Below are positions 9,152-18,724 of a stretch of 64,000 bases of DNA, in pieces. Position numbers and translations under genes: made by a program. The notes beneath the pieces are model-generated. The model worked only from the letters and a program-made list of their open reading frames with translations, did not search any database and was not told the DNA's origin. This DNA is from Eubacteriales bacterium (GTDB taxonomy: Bacteria; Bacillota; Clostridia; Oscillospirales; CAG-382): contig JAZNPH010000050.1 of NCBI GenBank assembly GCA_045589515.1, positions 137,668-201,667 of the forward strand, read 5' to 3'. Numbering within the stretch: position 1 is the first letter of the stretch; each line of letters begins with the position of its first letter.

Positions 9152-9180
9152 TTGACAAATCTTTTGCGGTGTGTTAAACT
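9152..9180 (+). promoter_or_regulatory. Sigma-A-type promoter
   Basis: TTGACA-17 nt-TAAACT upstream of the lipoprotein gene. Confidence 0.5.
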
Positions 9181-9210
9181 AAAAAAAACGAATACAGGAA
9201 GGAATCATTT

Positions 9211-11124
9211 ATGAAAAAACGTTTGATCCCGTTGCTTCTGATCCTGACCTTGCTTTTGGGGGCTTGTGCCACTGCACCTGCAGACACCTCCTCGGAACCT
9301 GAAGACACTTCCTCGGAAGCGAGCGCGGAAGCAAGCACAGAAGCCAGCGACGAAACATCATCTGAAGAAAGCGGTGAAGACATGCCCAACCAACCCATCG
9401 TCCGTCCCACGGATTACCCCACTCTGTGCGGTAACTTTATGCAGCCCGGGGCGTTTAAGAATTATTCTGCCCAGCAGATGAAATCCCACCTCCAGACCAT
9501 GTACGACGTGGGCATCGACATTCTGATCCTCCAGTGGTCTTTTGAGAACACAAGCGACGGCGTGACAAGCGTTTACTACGACGCTTCCTTTGAGTCTGCG
9601 GACAAGTCGTCTCTTTACAACGAAAGCGGCAAGAACCTGCTGGGGAACATCCTGAAGGCCGCCGAGGAGGTTGGCGTAAAGGTGTTTGTAGGCCTCAATA
9701 ACAACGACGAGTGGTGGGAAAAGGCTGTTTCCGACCGTTCCTGGCTTGCCGATCAGGCAGATTTGGGTATCAAGGGCGCAAAGCAGATCTATGATACCTA
9801 TAAAGAACAGTACCCCAACGCACTCTACGGCTGGTACTTCGTATTTGAAATGTATAACACCGCGACAACCCAGACCATGATGGAAAACGCAGCATTCCTG
9901 CTGAACGGCTTCTGTGACGGTTTGACGGAGATCGATGGGGAAATGCCCATGATGCTCTCTCCCTTCCTTTCCGCTTACGGCACCGAGCCTGAGGTCACAG
10001 GTCAGCAGTGGAAGGAGATCTTCGCCATGACCCATTTCCGCGACGGCGACATTTTCTGCTGCCAGGATTCCGTGGGTGCAGGCTACATCTCCATCGACCA
10101 GCTGGAGGGTTATTACAGAGAGATCAAGAAGGCGGTAGACACCAAGGAAGGTTTGCACTTCTGGGCCAACAACGAGGATTTTGACCTGTCCAACAGCAGT
10201 ACCGCTCCTTTGAATCGCTTTTTGAAGCAGCTGCAGATCTCTTCTTCCTACGTGGAAGCGCACGTCACGTTTGCATACTCTCATTATCAGCATCCCGATA
10301 TGGGAAAGACCGGTTATCACAACGCCTATAAAACCTATTACGAGACGGGAAAACTCCCCGAAAATACGTTGACCGCGCCCGAAGTAAGCTTCGATATGGA
10401 GGAGGATGGTTCCGCCGTCACTCTGAGCGGTTCTATTCAAAACCCCGATAAGACCGTAGCGGGCATTCGTATCCTTAAGAACGGCGAGGAGCTCCAGGCT
10501 ATCGATCTCACCCGCGAGTATGGCAAATCTTCCATCAGCTTCTCCTTCACCGATCACGACAATGCAGGAAGCGGCACTGCAGAATACGAGATCTGCGGTA
10601 TTGACTACTGCGGCAGCAACGGCCCCGCCGCTAAGCTCACCGTGTCCTTTGTAACGCGAAACGGCGTGAACGTTGCCGCAGGGAAGGACTACACCATGCT
10701 GAAACAGCCTGAAGCCAACTACCCCGACGAGGTGGGAAATGCCTTCACCGACGGCAAGCTGGGCGAACCCACCTACGGCGATAAGGCATGGTCCGGCTTC
10801 CTGGGCAAGCCCGAGTTTGTCATCGACCTGGGCGAAAAGGTGGATGGCATCTACTCCGTCCGCGTCAATACCCTGGGCGGCGGCAATGCGGCCATCTACG
10901 CCCCCAATCAGATCACGATTTACGTTTCCGACGACGGCGAGAACTTCACCCAGGTGGCAAGCAAGACCTTCGCCGCCGACGTGAACACCGGCAGCCTGAA
11001 CGTGGTGGTACGCAGCGTTTCTCTGCCCCAGGATGCTTCCGCGAGATACGTGAAGATCGCGGTGGCTACCAACCAGAGCTGGATCTTCATCGACGAGATC
11101 AGCGTTATGGCTGAACAGTCATAA
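9211..11124 (+). CDS. Lipoprotein with a DUF4434-like (glycoside-hydrolase-like) domain and a C-terminal discoidin (F5/8 type C) domain
   Basis: Lipobox LLLGAC, then a Ser/Glu-rich linker. DUF4434-like core (FMQPGAF...DILILQWSF). The C-terminal ...DKAWSGFLGKPEFVIDLGEKV...ITIYVSDDGENF is discoidin-like. Confidence 0.75.
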   Translation: MKKRLIPLLLILTLLLGACATAPADTSSEPEDTSSEASAEASTEASDETSSEESGEDMPNQPIVRPTDYPTLCGNFMQPGAFKNYSAQQMKSHLQTMYDVGIDILILQWSFENTSDGVTSVYYDASFESADKSSLYNESGKNLLGNILKAAEEVGVKVFVGLNNNDEWWEKAVSDRSWLADQADLGIKGAKQIYDTYKEQYPNALYGWYFVFEMYNTATTQTMMENAAFLLNGFCDGLTEIDGEMPMMLSPFLSAYGTEPEVTGQQWKEIFAMTHFRDGDIFCCQDSVGAGYISIDQLEGYYREIKKAVDTKEGLHFWANNEDFDLSNSSTAPLNRFLKQLQISSSYVEAHVTFAYSHYQHPDMGKTGYHNAYKTYYETGKLPENTLTAPEVSFDMEEDGSAVTLSGSIQNPDKTVAGIRILKNGEELQAIDLTREYGKSSISFSFTDHDNAGSGTAEYEICGIDYCGSNGPAAKLTVSFVTRNGVNVAAGKDYTMLKQPEANYPDEVGNAFTDGKLGEPTYGDKAWSGFLGKPEFVIDLGEKVDGIYSVRVNTLGGGNAAIYAPNQITIYVSDDGENFTQVASKTFAADVNTGSLNVVVRSVSLPQDASARYVKIAVATNQSWIFIDEISVMAEQS

Positions 11125-11134
11125 GCATCATAAA

Positions 11135-11166
11135 AACGACCTGTCTGCCTCGGCAAACAGGTCGTT
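11135..11166. terminator. Bidirectional terminator between convergent genes
   Basis: AACGACCTGT/ACAGGTCGTT 10-bp stem, with an A-run upstream and a T-run downstream. Confidence 0.65.
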
Positions 11167-11168
11167 TC

Positions 11169-11396
11169 TCATTCTCCAAGCTTTTCAAACAGCTCCGCCA
11201 AGGATTCCTCCCCGCGGATCTCGGCGGTGGTCACAAATCGTTCTGTTTCGATGCGTCCATCTTCAAAGAATTCCACTTCCCAACGTTCTCCCGGAACGGC
11301 GATCTCCACCATGATGCTGTCCCGTACCCGTTCCAAACGGTAGCTGATCCTCTTTTCGTCCAGCAGATTCAGAAATTGAAAAATGCTCATCTTCAT
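11169..11396 (-). CDS. Small hypothetical protein
   Basis: 75 aa starting MKMSIFQF..., preceded by GGAGGG. No family recognised. Confidence 0.5.
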   Translation of the reverse strand: MKMSIFQFLNLLDEKRISYRLERVRDSIMVEIAVPGERWEVEFFEDGRIETERFVTTAEIRGEESLAELFEKLGE

Positions 11397-11539
11397 CCCT
11401 CCTTGGTTGGTGTATCCATAGGATAGCATACTTTTCCCGCCGTGTCAAGCGCCCTTCTGTCAACCACGGGACGATTGACAAAACGCTCATCCTGTGGTAT
11501 GATGAAAGCAGAAATACGTTCGGAAAGAAAGGAACCGCC

Positions 11540-11848
11540 ATGGAACATCCTCAAACTCCTGCCACAACCAAAGAATTTCTCTTTTTGATGGAATGGGTCT
11601 GCTATACCATCGACGATCTGATCGACCACGTTCTGGCGGATTCCGAGGAAGATCCCCATTATTCCGCCGTGACCGCCACCAATATGATCAAATGCCTGAT
11701 CAAGACTATGGCAGATCACGGAGAGCCCCTTTCCTATACCGATGCGGAAGGATATTTCCGAAAGAGCGGCTATTCCCCCGAAGACTTCCGTCTCTTTGAA
11801 GAAAAACGACTCAAGGAGATTCCCGTTTTCCACGGCGAGATCTTTTGA
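11540..11848 (+). CDS. Hypothetical protein
   Basis: 102-aa ORF with a GAAAGGA RBS, coupled to the next gene. Confidence 0.5.
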   Translation: MEHPQTPATTKEFLFLMEWVCYTIDDLIDHVLADSEEDPHYSAVTATNMIKCLIKTMADHGEPLSYTDAEGYFRKSGYSPEDFRLFEEKRLKEIPVFHGEIF

Positions 11849-11865
11849 GCAAACGAGGGTCTTTT

Positions 11866-12693
11866 ATGTCCGATTGTTCTTTTCTTACCCTTAACACCAA
11901 CCCCTCCGTCTCTGCCATCTACTACGCGCTTTTGCAATGTGGTTACGAATACCACCTTCCCGAGAGAGACGCTACTCACGGGGAAGCCTTGGAGCGTTTT
12001 CGCGGCGGGGATGTACCCGACTTCTTTCGGGGCGTCAAGCAAAACACCTGTGAGGTCTACCCCTATTGGCCCCGTGCCGCCTTGCTGGAAAGCGTCCTGT
12101 TCTACTTGACTCCCGATCATAGGGAGTGGGCAGACTTTCCTGCCTTCCGGGCCCGGGTGATGAACGCCCCAAATCTCACGCCGGAGGAGCGGAATGACGA
12201 TCTTTGGCAGTGGATCCGGGAGTTCCCCTCTGCTTTGCAGGAGGTCCTTGCGTCCCCTGCCTTCGGGGATTATCTGACATGGGAAAGCACCCGGACGGAA
12301 GAACAAAAAGCTCTCCACGCCCATTCTCTGAACGCCTTGGGAGACCTGCTTGCAGAGTGCAATGCCCGTTACGGCGGAAGTGTAAGGCGGGTACAGCTTT
12401 GGCTGAACCCCATCAAATGCGTTTACTCCGCGGATTATCACATCCACGGCGACACCTTGTACTATTGCTCCGGCACGTTGAAGCCGGAATCCATCCTCCA
12501 CGAGTTTCTCCACCCCATCGTTCACCCGCTGATGGTGGAGAGGGAAGACCTCCCCGCAGATCTCGGTCTGGATCCTTCCTATACAGCAGATCCCCGCTAC
12601 GCCGCAGAGGAGACCGCTGTTCGCCGTCTCACCTCCGCCATCTTAAAAGGGGAGTTCCCCGAAGATCTGCCCACATTTCTTTCGTCTCTCTAA
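11866..12693 (+). CDS. Hypothetical protein with an HExxH motif, a possible zinc-metallopeptidase-like fold
   Basis: ATG at 11866 follows GAGGG; the ORF-track start at 11845 is TTG. The motif ...ILHEFLHPIVHPL... is HEFLH. Confidence 0.5.
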   Translation: MSDCSFLTLNTNPSVSAIYYALLQCGYEYHLPERDATHGEALERFRGGDVPDFFRGVKQNTCEVYPYWPRAALLESVLFYLTPDHREWADFPAFRARVMNAPNLTPEERNDDLWQWIREFPSALQEVLASPAFGDYLTWESTRTEEQKALHAHSLNALGDLLAECNARYGGSVRRVQLWLNPIKCVYSADYHIHGDTLYYCSGTLKPESILHEFLHPIVHPLMVEREDLPADLGLDPSYTADPRYAAEETAVRRLTSAILKGEFPEDLPTFLSSL

Positions 12694-12699
12694 AAAACG

Positions 12700-12734
12700 G
12701 CATCCCGACCCACACGGATCGGGATGCTTTTTTT
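12700..12734. terminator. Bidirectional terminator between convergent genes
   Basis: GCATCCCGA/TCGGGATGC 9-bp stem flanked by AAAAAA and TTTTTTT. Confidence 0.7.
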
Positions 12735-12737
12735 GTC

Positions 12738-15700
12738 TTATTCCACCGTGATCTCCACGTAGCAGATTTGGGATTCCCCAAGGTAATTGTTGTAGGTGTA
12801 AGCGAAGGTGTCCTTCCCGGTGTAGCCGGGTTCGGGGAGATAGCGGAAGGTGCCGTCGACGGAAAGCACCACGCTGCCGTGGGTGGGAGAGCCCGCCGGG
12901 GTGTACCGTGCAGGAACGTCACCCCTATGCAGGGTGCCGTCCAGAATGGTGTCCTTCTTCGCCGTGAAGGTGAGGGTTTCTACCGTCTCGGGATAGACCT
13001 CCAGGGTGCCTTTTGCAAACCGGTAGGTGGATTCGTACTGCATGCGGCAGAGAGGCAGGTCGCTTCTTGCCATCTGTGCGAAGTTGTCACGGTCGTCGTA
13101 GTAGATCCGCACGCCCTCGTCGTACCCGGTGACAACGCCGTAATACAGATACAGCATATAGTTCCGCACGAAATGGGGGTCGGAAAGGGCCTGGTAGGAA
13201 TGCTCGATCTCCACGGACATATGGAGCTGCTTGGAAACCTCCGCGGTGTGGGTGAACTGCCACAGAGGCACGTCCCCGGTGAACATCACGTTGGGCTGCA
13301 TACAAACCAGGTCAAAGCCCAATTCGTACCCGGTGTAGTAGCGGTTGGCCACGTAGTAGGGAATCCAAAGAAGCTGTGAGCCTCTGTCGTGGATCACGTC
13401 GGCGGTCTCTTTTACCAAATGGGTGTCGTCTCTGCCGTAGCCGATGGCCTCGATGCCCCAGTAGAACCCGCCGAGCTCCAGGTTTTTATACCCGCGGGAG
13501 GCGAATTCCTCCAGGCACAGATCGGTGAACCACTCCAGAACCTTTTTGCGGTCTTCAGCCTTGGTAAGATCCTCGGAAACACCGTCCCCGTCCACGTCGC
13601 CGAAATCCTTCACCGTGTCACGGATGGGAAACAGGGAGAGGTAGATCTGCACCTTGTAATCGGGCTTGTTCAAGGCATCCTTGACGGTGCCCACCACTTC
13701 CTCCACGTGATCCATGCCCGTGGGGCCGTTGAACACGCAGTCAAAGAGGTGATCCCAGTCCTTTTTGTAGCTGGCCTCCGCCACCTTGGACTTGGAGGGA
13801 AGATCCTCTCCGTTGGAAAGGATAAAGCCGTCCATAAAGGTATCGGTGATATTGCCTTCCTCATCCAGATACGCCACGTAGGGTAGGAGACGGTTCAGAT
13901 CCGTCATTTGGGTGTTGATAAAGGAGATATCGTGGGCCTTCACGGAGGTGTTTTCCGTGGTGGCGTATTGGAGGGTCTCCTCGTTGGTGTAGAAACGATT
14001 GGGGACGATACCGCTGTCCTGTACGAGGACGGCGTCATCCTTCACTTCCTTGGTGCCGAAGGCCTCCAGCTCGTCCAGCCAAACGGATTCGTTGTAGCCG
14101 CATTCCACACGGAAGCGGACGAAGCGGGCGGCGTAGGGGGTGTCAAGGGTGAAGTCTAGAGTGACGGGGGAGAAATTGTTTCCCAGCTTGGATTCATCCC
14201 ACTTGCAATCGGAAACGGGATACCACAGATTGCCGTCGTTGGAGAGCAGGATCGTCACGAACTTGGGACGGGAGATGCCCCAGCTCTTCTGATCCAGTGT
14301 GTGCACCTTGAAGGACTCCAGAGTGGAGATGGCTCCCAGATCAAAGAAGAAATCAATGGCGTTGCCGCCGCTGGCAAAGAACCAGTCGGGGGCGTAGCAG
14401 GTCTTGCTGGTGGCCCGTTTGCCGTCGGTGAGAATGGGGCTGTCCCCGGGCGTGTGCTCCTTCTTCACCGTGGCGGGGGCGTAGTAAGAGGTGGCGATCT
14501 GTTGGAGCTTGCCAAAGAGCAGGTTTTGGGTCTTGTCGTAATCTGCGTCGCTTGGGTTCCAGTATACTTCCTCGGTGACGGCGGGGAAGCGTACCTTCCC
14601 GTAAACGGAATCCTCGGGGATGTTTTCCAGCCCCGCGAAGACTTCAATTTCCTCCACCCAATAATTCCCCGCGCCGGGGGCAAAGTCCAAACGGATATAC
14701 CTTGCGGATATAAATTCCGGCAACAGCAGGGTGTAGGTGTAATTATCTCCCTGCAAAGGGGCGTACATTCTACCTAAGAAGGTGTAAGTCTTGCCGTCCG
14801 CGGAGCCATAGGCGTCGATGTAATCCGCATACCGCACGTCGATCCCCGAGCCTAGGGCGTGGACACGGAGGTGGTACAGATCGGAACGCTTCTGCCCCAG
14901 ATCCAGCTTGATAGAGGAAAGATCCTTTTCTTTGGCCCGGATCCCCACCCAAACGGACTCGCTGAACAGGCGGGTGGTACGTTCCCCGTTGGTGAGAAGC
15001 TTGTCGTTCTTGGGGGCACGTTCGTCGAAGGTGCAGTTTTCAAAGGTATAGGTAGCGCCTGCGGCTGCGTTTTCCGAAGCGGCGGGCAGGGCTTCTTTCC
15101 TGGTGGAAAGGGATTTCCACGCCATACGGTCGATGTTCTCTTTGCCGTATGCCAGAGCAACGGTGTCTGTTTCCTCCTTGGGCGGCACGTCGGCGTAAAC
15201 CTCCAATTCATCCAAGAAAATGAACATTCCTCCGATACCCACCCGCATACGGATGCGGATATAGCGGTAGTCCGCCACCTCCTCCAACTCAAGCCTTGCG
15301 GAGCTGACGGTGAGGTAGCCCGTCTCCTCAAAATTCACGGTGCCCAGTCGTTCAAACTCCTTGCCGTCGTTGGAGCCGTAAAAGCGAGCGCTTTGAGCCA
15401 GCTTCACCCCGTCCTTGGTCTGATCCAGACTGCGGGCAACGATGGCGGAGATCCGTTTGCCGTCCTCTCCCAGATCGATGGTGAAGATCACGTCGGAGGC
15501 AAAGCCCACCATGCGGGAGTCGATATAATGGGCCCCCACATCGGGAGTCTTCAGCCCGTCGGTGAGCTGTTGATCAAAAAAGTCGTCGTATCCGCCGCCG
15601 GAGGGTTCCACGTTATAGGTGTAGGGCTTCCCTACGCTGACCAGGGTGTAAAGCCGCTCCTCCTTGTTGGTATTTTCCTCGGAGGAGGCCTCTTCCATAG

Positions 15701-15809
15701 AGGAGTCCTCGGAAGAGGGCGTCATGGATTCCGTTACCCCGCTTTCGCAAGCGGAAAACAAAAGCGTCGCCGCAAGGAGCAACAGAAGCCATTTTTTCAT
15801 ATATTTCAT
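12738..15809 (-). CDS. Large lipoprotein with discoidin (F5/8 type C) repeats, a DUF4855-like domain and a C-terminal Ig-like domain
   Basis: 1023 aa with lipobox LLFSAC. Several ...YIRIRM/YIRLDF/FVRFRV... discoidin-type beta-sandwich signatures. The C-terminal GKDTFAYTY... region is cadherin/Ig-like. Confidence 0.75.
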   Translation of the reverse strand: MKYMKKWLLLLLAATLLFSACESGVTESMTPSSEDSSMEEASSEENTNKEERLYTLVSVGKPYTYNVEPSGGGYDDFFDQQLTDGLKTPDVGAHYIDSRMVGFASDVIFTIDLGEDGKRISAIVARSLDQTKDGVKLAQSARFYGSNDGKEFERLGTVNFEETGYLTVSSARLELEEVADYRYIRIRMRVGIGGMFIFLDELEVYADVPPKEETDTVALAYGKENIDRMAWKSLSTRKEALPAASENAAAGATYTFENCTFDERAPKNDKLLTNGERTTRLFSESVWVGIRAKEKDLSSIKLDLGQKRSDLYHLRVHALGSGIDVRYADYIDAYGSADGKTYTFLGRMYAPLQGDNYTYTLLLPEFISARYIRLDFAPGAGNYWVEEIEVFAGLENIPEDSVYGKVRFPAVTEEVYWNPSDADYDKTQNLLFGKLQQIATSYYAPATVKKEHTPGDSPILTDGKRATSKTCYAPDWFFASGGNAIDFFFDLGAISTLESFKVHTLDQKSWGISRPKFVTILLSNDGNLWYPVSDCKWDESKLGNNFSPVTLDFTLDTPYAARFVRFRVECGYNESVWLDELEAFGTKEVKDDAVLVQDSGIVPNRFYTNEETLQYATTENTSVKAHDISFINTQMTDLNRLLPYVAYLDEEGNITDTFMDGFILSNGEDLPSKSKVAEASYKKDWDHLFDCVFNGPTGMDHVEEVVGTVKDALNKPDYKVQIYLSLFPIRDTVKDFGDVDGDGVSEDLTKAEDRKKVLEWFTDLCLEEFASRGYKNLELGGFYWGIEAIGYGRDDTHLVKETADVIHDRGSQLLWIPYYVANRYYTGYELGFDLVCMQPNVMFTGDVPLWQFTHTAEVSKQLHMSVEIEHSYQALSDPHFVRNYMLYLYYGVVTGYDEGVRIYYDDRDNFAQMARSDLPLCRMQYESTYRFAKGTLEVYPETVETLTFTAKKDTILDGTLHRGDVPARYTPAGSPTHGSVVLSVDGTFRYLPEPGYTGKDTFAYTYNNYLGESQICYVEITVE

Positions 15810-15934
15810 AGAAATCCTGTCCTTTCGCAGTATTACCTATAAGTATAGCATATTCCCAAATCTTTGGCAATCGTCAAGAGGGTCAAAAATTCTCCTCCCG
15901 TTTTATGAAAAATCCCGAAACACCAAACCCATCG

Positions 15935-15963
15935 TTGCATTTTCTTGCAGAGTGTGTTATACT
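15935..15963 (+). promoter_or_regulatory. Sigma-A-type promoter of the nitroreductase-WYL-WYL operon
   Basis: TTGCAT-17 nt-TATACT with a TGn extended -10, 25 nt before the 15988 ATG. Confidence 0.55.
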
Positions 15964-15987
15964 GTGGAAAACACTTGGAGGTCATTT

Positions 15988-16518
15988 ATGGAATTCTTTG
16001 AAACCTTATACAGCCGCAAAACGGTGCGGAGCTACAACGGAACCCCCGTGACCGAGGCAGAGCTGCAAGAGATCTTAAAAGCGGGCTACGCCGCCCCCAT
16101 CGGCAGAAGACGGTACGACACGTTGCATCTCACGGTGATCACCGATGCCGCTTTCCTTGCGGAATGGGAAAAACAGGTGGGGATCGAAAGCGGAAAAGAG
16201 GACGCTCATCCTTTTTACGGTGCGCCCACGGTGGTGCTCATCTCTTCTGTGGTGGACGAGGATCCCTACGGCAACGTGAACTACTCCAACGCCGCCTCCA
16301 TCGCCCAGAACATGGCCCTTGCGGCCTGTGACCTGGGTGTGGGTGCCTGCCACATCTGGGGCGCCGTCCGCACCTTGAACAACTGTCCCGACCTGCTGTC
16401 CCGCTTGCCTATCCCTGCGGGAATGAAGCCCGTTTGCTCGGTAGCCTTGGGACACACCGACGAGACCTATACCCTGCGGGAGATCCCCGCGCGGATCGAG
16501 ACCGCCTATTTGAAGTAA
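15988..16518 (+). CDS. Nitroreductase family protein
   Basis: MEFFETLYSRKTVRSYNGTPVTEAELQEILKAGYAAP... is a classic nitroreductase N-terminus. ATG at 15988 follows GGAGG. The upstream part of the ORF-track call is antisense read-through. Confidence 0.85.
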   Translation: MEFFETLYSRKTVRSYNGTPVTEAELQEILKAGYAAPIGRRRYDTLHLTVITDAAFLAEWEKQVGIESGKEDAHPFYGAPTVVLISSVVDEDPYGNVNYSNAASIAQNMALAACDLGVGACHIWGAVRTLNNCPDLLSRLPIPAGMKPVCSVALGHTDETYTLREIPARIETAYLK

Positions 16519-16540
16519 CCTGTGAAAGGAGAAGCCGTAT

Positions 16541-17788
16541 ATGTCCGCATACCGTGAGTTGATCAAAAATTTCGGGCGGATCCGCGCCTATATGCGGGAG
16601 TTCTATGTTTACGGCTTCAAGCATAGAGAGCAGTACGCCGCAAAAAGCCCCCGCTCCTACGACGACGAGCGCCGCCGCGTGGAAAGCTGGCTGGGGGATC
16701 ACATGGGCTTCGTCCGCACTCCCGAGGGGAAGAACGTGTTCCTTTCCATCGATAGCCGCAGGATGGATCACAATCCCCTGTACAAGGCCTGGAAGGCAAA
16801 AAGCTTCACCGACGGGGATATTACTTTGCATTTTATTCTGCTGGACATCCTGCATACTCCCGAGACGGCACTTTCCGCAGGGGAGCTGCTGCGGATCATG
16901 GACAGTGAGTATCTTTCTTCCTTTCAAAAGCCCTTGGCATTGGACGAATCCACCCTGCGGAAGAAGCTGAAGGAGTACGTCTCCGAGGGGATCTTGACCA
17001 TGGAAAAACAGGGGAAGCGGGTGCTTTACCGCCGTGCGACAGATACCGTCGCCCTTCCGTCTCGGGACGTGTTGGATCTGTTTTCCGAGATCCTGCCCTG
17101 CGGCGTCATCGGTTCTTTTATGCTGGACCGCACAGAGGAGCGGGACAGCCCCTTCCGCTTCAAGCACCACTACATCACCGGCACTTTGGAAAGCGACCTG
17201 ATGGCCGTCTTGTTCGACGCCATGGGGAAGGGGGCTTCCGTGACGGTCACCAACGCTGCAAGGCGTACGGGGGAGCCTAAGCGGGTACGGACGATCCCCT
17301 TGCGGATTTACATCAGCGTGCAAAGCGGCAGGCAGTATCTGGTGGCTTACGTGCCGGAGCAAAACCGCATCCGCGCCTTCCGTTTGGATTATCTTTCCGC
17401 CGTAAAGCTTGAAGAACCCACGCCCCGCTTTGGGGAATTGCGGGCAAGGCTGGATGCCATGGAGCCTTTTCTTTGGGGCGTGAACTTGAAGGATGGGAGC
17501 GGAAAAACGGAGACAATCTCCTTCACCGTGAAGGCGGGGTACAACGAAGGGTACATCATCGACCGTCTGAGGCGGGAAAAACGCACGGGTCAGGTGGAGT
17601 GCCTGGAAAACGGGCTGTACCGCTTTTCCGCCCAAGTGCAGGACGCAAGAGAGCTGCTTCCCTGGATCCGTACCTTCTTATGCCGCATTGTGGCCTTTGA
17701 CTGCTCCAATACCGGCGTTAAGGAGCAGTTTTTGCGGGATCTGAAGGCTATGTATGCGATCTATGGCTTGGGAGGTGATTCGGGATGA
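16541..17788 (+). CDS. WYL domain-containing putative transcriptional regulator (wHTH-WYL-C-terminal extension)
   Basis: 415 aa. The WYL-like core is ...RTIPLRIYISVQSGRQYLVAYVPEQNRIRAFRLDYLSAV.... A winged-helix-like segment lies upstream (LSAGELLRIM...TLRKKLKEYVSEGIL). It starts 22 nt after the nitroreductase. Confidence 0.8.
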   Translation: MSAYRELIKNFGRIRAYMREFYVYGFKHREQYAAKSPRSYDDERRRVESWLGDHMGFVRTPEGKNVFLSIDSRRMDHNPLYKAWKAKSFTDGDITLHFILLDILHTPETALSAGELLRIMDSEYLSSFQKPLALDESTLRKKLKEYVSEGILTMEKQGKRVLYRRATDTVALPSRDVLDLFSEILPCGVIGSFMLDRTEERDSPFRFKHHYITGTLESDLMAVLFDAMGKGASVTVTNAARRTGEPKRVRTIPLRIYISVQSGRQYLVAYVPEQNRIRAFRLDYLSAVKLEEPTPRFGELRARLDAMEPFLWGVNLKDGSGKTETISFTVKAGYNEGYIIDRLRREKRTGQVECLENGLYRFSAQVQDARELLPWIRTFLCRIVAFDCSNTGVKEQFLRDLKAMYAIYGLGGDSG

Positions 17789-18696
17789 TCTTCCGTGAAT
17801 ATTTTTCTGCCTATTACCGCACCGTGGGGAAGCTTCTGGAGGCGTTGCAGACGGGAACTCCAACGGAGAAGGAGCTTCAAGCCATCGTGAGGAGGTACGC
17901 CTTTGAGGAAAGCACCGCTGCCATCCTTCCCGCCTTAAAGCAGGGGGAGTGGCAGTTGATGAGGGTGGATCTTACCACGCCCATCCGTCACACCCCCACC
18001 ATGCCCTTGACCTTGATGGAAAAGCGTTGGCTGAAGGCGGTCTCCTTGGATCCCCGCATTCGTCTGTTCGATTTTTCCGCGGAGGGGTTGGAGGACGTGG
18101 AGCCTTTGTTCACCCCGCGGGACTTTCGTGTGTTTGACCGCTACGGTGACGGCGATCCCTACGAGGACGAGACTTACCGCCGCCATTTCCGTACCGCTTT
18201 GGAGGCGGTGAAGACGGGAAAGCCGTTGTTCATCCGCATGAAGGGACGGAAGGGCAACGATGTTTGTGCCGTTTGTATGCCCTACAAGCTGGAATACTCC
18301 GAAAAGGACGATAAATTCCGCCTCCTCACCCGAGGCAACCGCTACGTCACCACCCTGAATCTGGCAAAGCTTATAGAATGCCGTTTCCACGAAGGTGTTT
18401 GGCAGAACCGTCGGAGCAGGGAACAGCGGGAGCAATACGCCGTTGTGCTGGAGATCCACGACCGCCGCAACGCCATGGAGCGGGTGATGTTCCATTTCGC
18501 CCACTTCAAAAAGCAGGCGGAGAAGATGGGGCGGGAAAAATACCGTCTCACCCTTTGGTGCGACAAGGAGGACGAGATGGAGCTTGCCATCCGTATCCTG
18601 TCCTTCGGCCCCATGGTAAAGGTTTTGGAGCCTGCACCCATGGTGGATCTCATCCGAAAAAAGTTAATGATGCAGAAAAACTGCGGACTCATTTAA
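17785..18696 (+). CDS. Second WYL domain-containing protein, paired with the upstream one
   Basis: 303 aa with an ATGA overlap to the upstream WYL gene. Core ...VCMPYKLEYSEKDDKFRLLTRGNRYVTTLNLAKLIEC..., plus a WCX-like C-terminus (ELAIRILSFGPMVKVLEP). Confidence 0.75.
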   Translation: MIFREYFSAYYRTVGKLLEALQTGTPTEKELQAIVRRYAFEESTAAILPALKQGEWQLMRVDLTTPIRHTPTMPLTLMEKRWLKAVSLDPRIRLFDFSAEGLEDVEPLFTPRDFRVFDRYGDGDPYEDETYRRHFRTALEAVKTGKPLFIRMKGRKGNDVCAVCMPYKLEYSEKDDKFRLLTRGNRYVTTLNLAKLIECRFHEGVWQNRRSREQREQYAVVLEIHDRRNAMERVMFHFAHFKKQAEKMGREKYRLTLWCDKEDEMELAIRILSFGPMVKVLEPAPMVDLIRKKLMMQKNCGLI

Positions 18697-18714
18697 GAGT
18701 TCGCAGCTTTTTTT
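18681..18714 (+). terminator. Intrinsic terminator overlapping the stop codon of the second WYL gene
   Basis: CTGCGGACTC/GAGTTCGCAG 10-bp stem (one G-U pair), a 6-nt loop containing the TAA stop, then CTTTTTTT. Confidence 0.75.
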
Positions 18715-18724
18715 CCGTGTTTTT

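Noticed and set aside
12204-13379. 391-aa plus-strand ORF spanning the convergent-gene junction.
   Set aside because: It runs through the bidirectional terminator at 12700-12734 and is out of frame or antisense to two motif-supported genes.
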